From the NCBI GenBank assembly GCA_903879985.1, contig CAIRNR010000006.1, positions 32,505-96,504 of the forward strand: a stretch of DNA of 64,000 bases. Reading direction: 5' to 3'. The number at the start of each line of letters is the position of its first letter. Position 1 is the stretch's first letter. Origin of the DNA: an uncultured candidate division WWE3 bacterium. GTDB taxonomy: Bacteria; Patescibacteriota; WWE3; UBA101185; UBA10185. The position numbers were made by a program, and so were the translations under genes. The notes under the pieces were generated by a model. It saw only the letters and a list, made by a program, of their open reading frames with translations. It was not told the origin of the DNA and made no database searches. Shown here one piece after another: positions 58,988 through 64,000 of the stretch.

Positions 58988-59230
58988 TTATGCCATTACC
59001 ATTGACGAAAGTTGCACGGGGATTTCGTATACAACTTTTCCTAAGCGAAAAATGACACAAAAAATCCAAAAGACATCCATCACCGCGTTGTTAGCGTTTT
59101 CAACGTAGAAATGAGCATCGATTTGGCAAATGTCTGTTCTCCAGGAAAGTACGGTATCGGCGGCGGACCGGTTGTAGTTGAAGGCGATAATTGCCTTTTC
59201 AGCGGCTTCGCGCGAATAAAATTCAATCAT
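58988..59230 (-). CDS. Hypothetical small protein, paralog B
   Basis: Same AAGGAGGAGAAAATG start context as paralog A. MIEFYSREAAEKAIIAFNYNR versus MVEFSSLQEAEDAILAYNNNR. Confidence 0.4.
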   Translation of the reverse strand: MIEFYSREAAEKAIIAFNYNRSAADTVLSWRTDICQIDAHFYVENANNAVMDVFWIFCVIFRLGKVVYEIPVQLSSMVMA

Positions 59231-59277
59231 TTTCTCCTCCTTCATCTAAGATTTTGGTTTACTGGTAAAATAGTAGC

Positions 59278-61302
59278 ATGTTTTCACTCGACGCATCTAT
59301 AGGCTCTTTACCAAAAATAGGACCAAAATATAAAGTGCTTTTACAAAATCTGGAAATCTTTACTATTGAAGATCTTTTGTACCATTTTCCTTTTAGATAC
59401 GACGATTTTAGCCAGATTAAAAAAATAGGCGATTTAGTTGAAGGTGAGGTAGTTACTGTTGAAGCAGTTATGGGACCGGTTACAAATATCTTTACACGAA
59501 ACGGCAAGAAACTAACGCGGGCAAAAGCATTTGATTACACCGGAGAAATCGAAATAGTTTGGTTTAATCAACATTATATAAAAAGCATGTTAAAAACCGG
59601 GCAAACTTACATGATTAGTGGCAAGGTTGGAACTTTTGATCGTAAATTAAGTTTTACCGCACCTGAACTGGAAGAAAAGAGTGATAACAGTTTGAATACA
59701 GGTCGTTTGGTTTCTATTTATCCTGAAACGGCAGGCGTTAGCTCCAAATTTTTGCGCAGTAGAAATTACGACGTCTTACATCACGAAACAGATTTAAAGG
59801 AATTTTTGCCGGAAATGCTTTTAAAAGAAAAAAAATTAAAAGAAATTGATTGGTGTTTTAACCAAATTCATTTTCCCGACAACATTACCGAAGCAACCCA
59901 CGCGCACCGACGTTTTGAATTTGAGGAACTGTTTCTGGAACTACTAAACGTAGAAAAGCGAAAGCATGCATGGAAACTGCAGCTAAAAAGTAATCAGATG
60001 ATACCTTTTGAAGCCGAAATAAAAACGTTTATCGATAGCTTGGCGTTTGAACTAACTGATTCACAAAAAACGTCAGTACAAGAAGTCATTCAGGACTTGC
60101 TACAACCTCATCCTATGAATCGATTGCTAGAAGGTGATGTAGGAACCGGAAAAACAATTGTGGCCGTGATAGCTTCATATTTGGCTGTTTTAAACGGGTA
60201 CAAGGTATTGTACATGGCACCAACGGAAATATTGGCTAACCAACATTTTGAAACTTTCCAAAAATTGCTACCAAAAGAAAAGGTAAGTATTGCCTTAAAA
60301 ACATCAGCAACCTCGAAAACCTTTGATAGTAATGCCGACATAATTATTGGAACTCACGCCATTTTGTTCGGAGAACAACAATACGAAAAAGTTGGTTTAA
60401 TTATTATTGATGAACAACATCGCTTTGGTGTTGAACAACGTGGGAAAATCGTGGAAATGGCAACAGACGCTAAAACAAAAGCCACGCCACATTTGCTGAC
60501 TATGACGGCAACACCAATTCCACGAACTTTAGCTTTAACTTTGTACGGAGATCTTTCTATATCGGTACTTAAAACACATCCTAATGCCCATAGAAAAATC
60601 ACAACGAAAATAATTCCTGAAAGCTCCCGAGAAAAAGCCTATCAATGGATTCGTGACAGAAACGAACCAACCTTTATAGTGTGTCCATTAATAGATGAAT
60701 CCGAAAGCATTAGTTTAGAAAACGTTAAAGGAGCCCAAGCCGAGTTTGAAAAATTACGAAATGGCGTATTTAAAGATTTAGAAGTTGGCCTATTACACGG
60801 ACGTATGAAACCAGCAGAAAAGCAGGAAGTTATTGAAAAATTCCGCAAAGGTTTAGTCAAGGTTTTGGTCTCTACTCCGGTTATAGAGGTAGGTATCGAC
60901 GTTCCAGATGCAACTGTTATAGTGATTGAAAGCGCTGAGCGATACGGGCTAGCGAGTCTGCATCAATTACGAGGACGTGTTGGTAGAGGAGACAAAGAGG
61001 GTTTTTGCTTTGCCTACATGAGCAATAACGCGCAAAGCTCGTATCAGCGCTTGAAGTATCTGGAAGAAATTGATAACGGCTTGGAACTCGCGGAAATGGA
61101 TATGAAACTTAGGGGACAGGGAGATGTGTTTGGAATCATGCAACACGGAGATAAACGTTTTAGAATCGCCAGTTTGGACGACCTTGAACTATTAGAGGAG
61201 GCAAAGTTGGAAGCTCAAAAGTATTACACGCAATTGGACAAATATCCATTGCTGGATTCAACATTGACTAGGCGCGTCGGAAAGTATATATCTAACAACT
61301 GA
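59278..61302 (+). CDS. recG: ATP-dependent DNA helicase RecG
   Basis: N-terminal wedge/OB domain, GDVGTGKT (motif I), IIIDEQHRFGV (motif II) and QLRGRVGRG (motif VI). Confidence 0.85.
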   Translation: MFSLDASIGSLPKIGPKYKVLLQNLEIFTIEDLLYHFPFRYDDFSQIKKIGDLVEGEVVTVEAVMGPVTNIFTRNGKKLTRAKAFDYTGEIEIVWFNQHYIKSMLKTGQTYMISGKVGTFDRKLSFTAPELEEKSDNSLNTGRLVSIYPETAGVSSKFLRSRNYDVLHHETDLKEFLPEMLLKEKKLKEIDWCFNQIHFPDNITEATHAHRRFEFEELFLELLNVEKRKHAWKLQLKSNQMIPFEAEIKTFIDSLAFELTDSQKTSVQEVIQDLLQPHPMNRLLEGDVGTGKTIVAVIASYLAVLNGYKVLYMAPTEILANQHFETFQKLLPKEKVSIALKTSATSKTFDSNADIIIGTHAILFGEQQYEKVGLIIIDEQHRFGVEQRGKIVEMATDAKTKATPHLLTMTATPIPRTLALTLYGDLSISVLKTHPNAHRKITTKIIPESSREKAYQWIRDRNEPTFIVCPLIDESESISLENVKGAQAEFEKLRNGVFKDLEVGLLHGRMKPAEKQEVIEKFRKGLVKVLVSTPVIEVGIDVPDATVIVIESAERYGLASLHQLRGRVGRGDKEGFCFAYMSNNAQSSYQRLKYLEEIDNGLELAEMDMKLRGQGDVFGIMQHGDKRFRIASLDDLELLEEAKLEAQKYYTQLDKYPLLDSTLTRRVGKYISNN

Positions 61303-61868
61303 TGACTACACCACAAACGCAAAAGCAATTGCGTATTACAACAGGAATAGCTAAGAACAAACGCTTAAGAGCCCCGGGAATCGAGGGTTTTAGAGCAGTA
61401 CAAGAAGTTGCCAAATCAGCTTTGTTTTCTATTTTAGACAAAAGAGTTGAAGGTGCCGTGTGCCTAGACTTGTTTGCAGGTAGCGGCAACCTTGGCTTAG
61501 AAGCCCTTAGCCGTGGTGCCACCTGGTGTGATTTTGTTGACGGAAACTGGGAAAGTATTGAAGTTATAAACGACAACCTACGAAACTGCGGTTTTGAAGA
61601 CAAAGCAGGAGTATTTTTAAAGGACTCAGGAAAGTACGTTGCAAGCCCGGAAAACAACTACGACATAGTTTTTATGGATCCATTCTATGAGGATACCGCT
61701 CAAATTCACTTACTAAAGAACTTACCAAACATTTTAAACGATAACGCCGTCGTAGCCTTTTTCCATGGTCCAGCTTTAGATGTTACAACATTGCTAGGGG
61801 ACAGTGGTTTTAAGCTTGTAGATGAACGAAAGTTTGGTGGTAGTGTTTTGAGTTTTTTGAAGTTATAA
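61302..61868 (+). CDS. rsmD: 16S rRNA (guanine966-N2)-methyltransferase RsmD-like
   Basis: LDLFAGSGNLGLEALSRGA (SAM motif I) and FMDPFY (DPPY-type motif). Confidence 0.7.
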   Translation: MTTPQTQKQLRITTGIAKNKRLRAPGIEGFRAVQEVAKSALFSILDKRVEGAVCLDLFAGSGNLGLEALSRGATWCDFVDGNWESIEVINDNLRNCGFEDKAGVFLKDSGKYVASPENNYDIVFMDPFYEDTAQIHLLKNLPNILNDNAVVAFFHGPALDVTTLLGDSGFKLVDERKFGGSVLSFLKL

Positions 61869-61989
61869 CCCCAAGAAAAACTTATGGGTACCAGTGTTAT
61901 AAATAACAGAGATACCCATTTTTAGTAGCCGAATGCTCGCGAGACATAAGGCTTTTCACATAGCGTTTCAGATTGCAATAATTTGCAGC

Positions 61990-62256
61990 TTACCGGCAAG
62001 GCTCGAACGTGATATCGGTCACCCTGATCGTGCTGACATCTTTCTTGCCATTAATCTCCATGACTTCAAGTAAGCTCACCTCGATAGTCGTAGTCCCCGG
62101 ATCCACGCGCTGGTTATCAACGACGCGACCATTCAGCAAAACTTCATACGTGAGTTCAGCATCACAATGCCTGTAAAAAGAAAATCCTAATTTCTTGGCA
62201 TCATCCATCGTCATGGAAACACCCTTATATATAGAAACTGACGCTAATTTCGCCAT
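61990..62256 (-). CDS. Hypothetical small protein
   Basis: ORF only. Confidence 0.3.
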   Translation of the reverse strand: MAKLASVSIYKGVSMTMDDAKKLGFSFYRHCDAELTYEVLLNGRVVDNQRVDPGTTTIEVSLLEVMEINGKKDVSTIRVTDITFEPCR

Positions 62257-62462
62257 CTCTTACCACTCCTTCACTATTTGGTTATAACGTACACTAATAG
62301 CGCGACAATAATATCTGAAACGTAGCTAGCATACTAACACTATAGGTGTTCTTTCGTCAACTCGGGCCAAAACCACGGGGAAAACAACCAAAACCACACT
62401 AAAAACCCAAACCAAGATGCTACCTTGACAAACCACCCCCAAAACCACTATAGTGCTACGGT

Positions 62463-62609
62463 ATGGCAGTACCAAAAAGAAGACATTCATTATCAAGAAC
62501 CAGACAAAAGCGTAACGCCCATTACACTCGAGAACCTGTACAGGTTCAAAAAACCAAGGACGGAAAAGGATATAAACGCCCTCATGTTGACGAGTATATT
62601 GAGCTTTAA
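62463..62609 (+). CDS. rpmF: 50S ribosomal protein L32 (48 aa; not in the ORF track)
   Basis: MAVPKRRHSLSRTRQKRNAHYTREPVQVQKTKDGKGYKRPHVDEYIEL, a canonical L32 N-terminus. Track ORF 62425..62613 is the wrong frame. Confidence 0.7.
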   Translation: MAVPKRRHSLSRTRQKRNAHYTREPVQVQKTKDGKGYKRPHVDEYIEL

Positions 62610-62632
62610 TTAAAAGTAAGTATCATATAACA

Positions 62633-63097
62633 ATGCGATCAAAAGCAGATCCACGACATACTTCCAGAAAACTGGCTCTATCCTCAATTTTTTGCTGGCT
62701 TTTCACTGAGCCTACAAACGATGAGTGTTTACTTTTATCCAAAGATACATTGGAAACTGAAGATGTAGAGTTCGACAGAGATTTAGTCGAATATATAGTA
62801 GGTGGCGTAAAGACCCATTTAGTTGATATTGACAACATAATCGCCGATAGTGCTCCGGAGTGGCCTATTGACAAAATCGCAAAAGTTGATTTAGTGATAC
62901 TCCGCATTGCTGTTTTTGAGGTTGTCTTTGGAAAAAAGACCCCAATTAAAGTAGCAATTGACGAAGCTGTTGAGTTGTCTAAGGAATTTGGCAACGATAC
63001 ATCGCATAAATTTGTTAACGGCGTCTTAGGAACTGTGGTTGAAAAACACGCAACTCCGGCAGAAGCTGAAATAGTAGAAGAAAAAAAAGATGAATGA
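62633..63097 (+). CDS. nusB: Transcription antitermination factor NusB
   Basis: RKLALSSIF...DLVILRIAVFEV...INEAVELSKEFG...FVNGVLG. Confidence 0.75.
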   Translation: MRSKADPRHTSRKLALSSIFCWLFTEPTNDECLLLSKDTLETEDVEFDRDLVEYIVGGVKTHLVDIDNIIADSAPEWPIDKIAKVDLVILRIAVFEVVFGKKTPIKVAIDEAVELSKEFGNDTSHKFVNGVLGTVVEKHATPAEAEIVEEKKDE

Positions 63098-63323
63098 ATA
63101 TTTAACACAAATTAAAAAGGTTATACAAGAAAAAACAGGACATGAAGCTAAAGATGTTCAGGATACTTCTTATTTTGAAGATGATTTGAACATTGGAGAA
63201 ACAGAGCTTTCAGAGATCTTGGCAGAGTTAGAAGAAATTTATCAAGTCGATTTGGTTGAAGAACAGGGAAATATCGAAACTGTTCAGGACTTGGTTGAGT
63301 TAATTTCTGAGCAAATCGAGTAA
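63090..63323 (+). CDS. Acyl-carrier-protein-like small acidic protein lacking the canonical phosphopantetheinyl Ser
   Basis: DLNIGETELSEILAELEEIY aligns with the ACP motif [20 protein letters not shown], with Glu at the Ser position. It sits in the acpP-rnc position. Confidence 0.4.
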   Translation: MNEYLTQIKKVIQEKTGHEAKDVQDTSYFEDDLNIGETELSEILAELEEIYQVDLVEEQGNIETVQDLVELISEQIE

Positions 63324-63403
63324 CTGAAAAACGTAGTTGGCAATTTTTAAAGGTGTGTCGTTTCAAATTTATCTTCCTTAAGGTGGCTTTGAACTGATAC
63401 AAT

Positions 63404-64000
63404 ATGCTTATGGGATTTGATTTCGCTAAAGTCCAAGAAATACTAAAAACAGAACTTACCGACGAGAATTTATTTAAAACTTCTTTTACACACAGATCTT
63501 ACTTAAACGAGCACCAAGACTACACTAATCCATCTAACGAACGCCTAGAGTTTTTAGGTGATGCCGTTTTACAATTGCTATCCTCAGACTTTTTATTTAA
63601 AAAATATCCTAAGTCTCCTGAAGGTGATTTAACCAACTACAGATCTTCACTTGTGTGCACCACATCCATTGGCGCCGAAGCCCGAAGACTTGGCTATGGC
63701 GAAATGCTTTTATTATCAAATGGTGAGGAAGCTACAGGCGGTCGTGAAAGAGAATATATATTGGCTAACACATTCGAGGCCGTTTTAGGCGCCTTGTACA
63801 CGGAAAAAGGAATAGATTTTTGTAGGGAGTTTGTAGCCAGAGAATTGTTATATAAAATAGACGACGTTGTTGAGAACGAAGCTTACAAAGACGCAAAATC
63901 CCGCTTTCAAGAGGTTGCACAAGAAAAGTTAAACACTACACCGGTGTATCAAGTTTTGGAATCGTGGGGACCGGATCACGAAAAAATGTTTAAGGTTGGC
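63404..64000 (+). CDS. rnc: Ribonuclease III (3'-truncated by window edge)
   Basis: ERLEFLGDAVLQL RNase III signature; ...EAVLGALY. Confidence 0.8.
   Translation, partial: MLMGFDFAKVQEILKTELTDENLFKTSFTHRSYLNEHQDYTNPSNERLEFLGDAVLQLLSSDFLFKKYPKSPEGDLTNYRSSLVCTTSIGAEARRLGYGEMLLLSNGEEATGGREREYILANTFEAVLGALYTEKGIDFCREFVARELLYKIDDVVENEAYKDAKSRFQEVAQEKLNTTPVYQVLESWGPDHEKMFKVG

Noticed and set aside
62425-63108. Track ORFs 62425-62613 (plus strand) and 62623-63108 (minus strand)
   Set aside because: The first is a wrong-frame overlap of the true rpmF. The second is antisense to nusB.
1-64000. CRISPR array, integrase or transposase search
   Set aside because: No regularly spaced direct repeats and no recombinase-like ORF were found. 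The Cas4-like gene is therefore treated as non-CRISPR.

Overview
Low-GC (~35%) bacterial chromosome segment, probably from a Patescibacteria/CPR-like genome. This is inferred from small, domain-reduced housekeeping proteins (a trigger factor without a PPIase domain, a short PheT) and ATGA-type overlapping gene junctions.

Both ends of the window are core genome. The left end carries an ABC-F ATPase, a frameshifted YfhO-like gene, a PMT/ArnT-like GT-C glycosyltransferase, tig, clpP and tRNA-Val. The right end carries truB, thrS, infC, rpmI, rplT, an ABC exporter, pheST, PBP1A, tyrS, recG, rsmD, rpmF, nusB, an ACP-like gene and rnc.

Between tRNA-Val (5755-5831) and about 22.1 kb lies an accessory region with locally elevated GC. 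It contains a run of PD-(D/E)XK nuclease-family genes: a YraN/Hjc-like gene, a Cas4-like Fe-S nuclease, two tandem NucS/DUF91-like fusion paralogs and a NERD protein. It also contains an FtsK-gamma/Zn-ribbon protein, two unrelated enzymes that share a duplicated 52-bp start-region cassette, and a radical-SAM/SPASM maturase followed by an unannotated 59-aa Cys-rich peptide with a periodic C-x-x-D/E core (a ranthipeptide/sactipeptide-like RiPP locus). Three different HExxH proteins follow, then a series of small ORFs preceded by a repeated structured leader that shows compensatory base changes.

The middle of the window (22-42 kb) encodes a GLUG-repeat secreted protein, a histidine kinase with two orphan receiver domains, and a type IV pilus locus. 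The pilus locus has PilB, PilC, four pseudopilins (one fused to LVIVD repeats) and three tandem pilin paralogs with variable C-terminal halves. A glycosylation module sits next to it: GT-C, GT2-GtrA and an FdtA-DegT fusion.

No CRISPR array, rRNA, integrase or transposase was seen. All calls come from reading the sequence and ORF translations by eye; no database searches were run.
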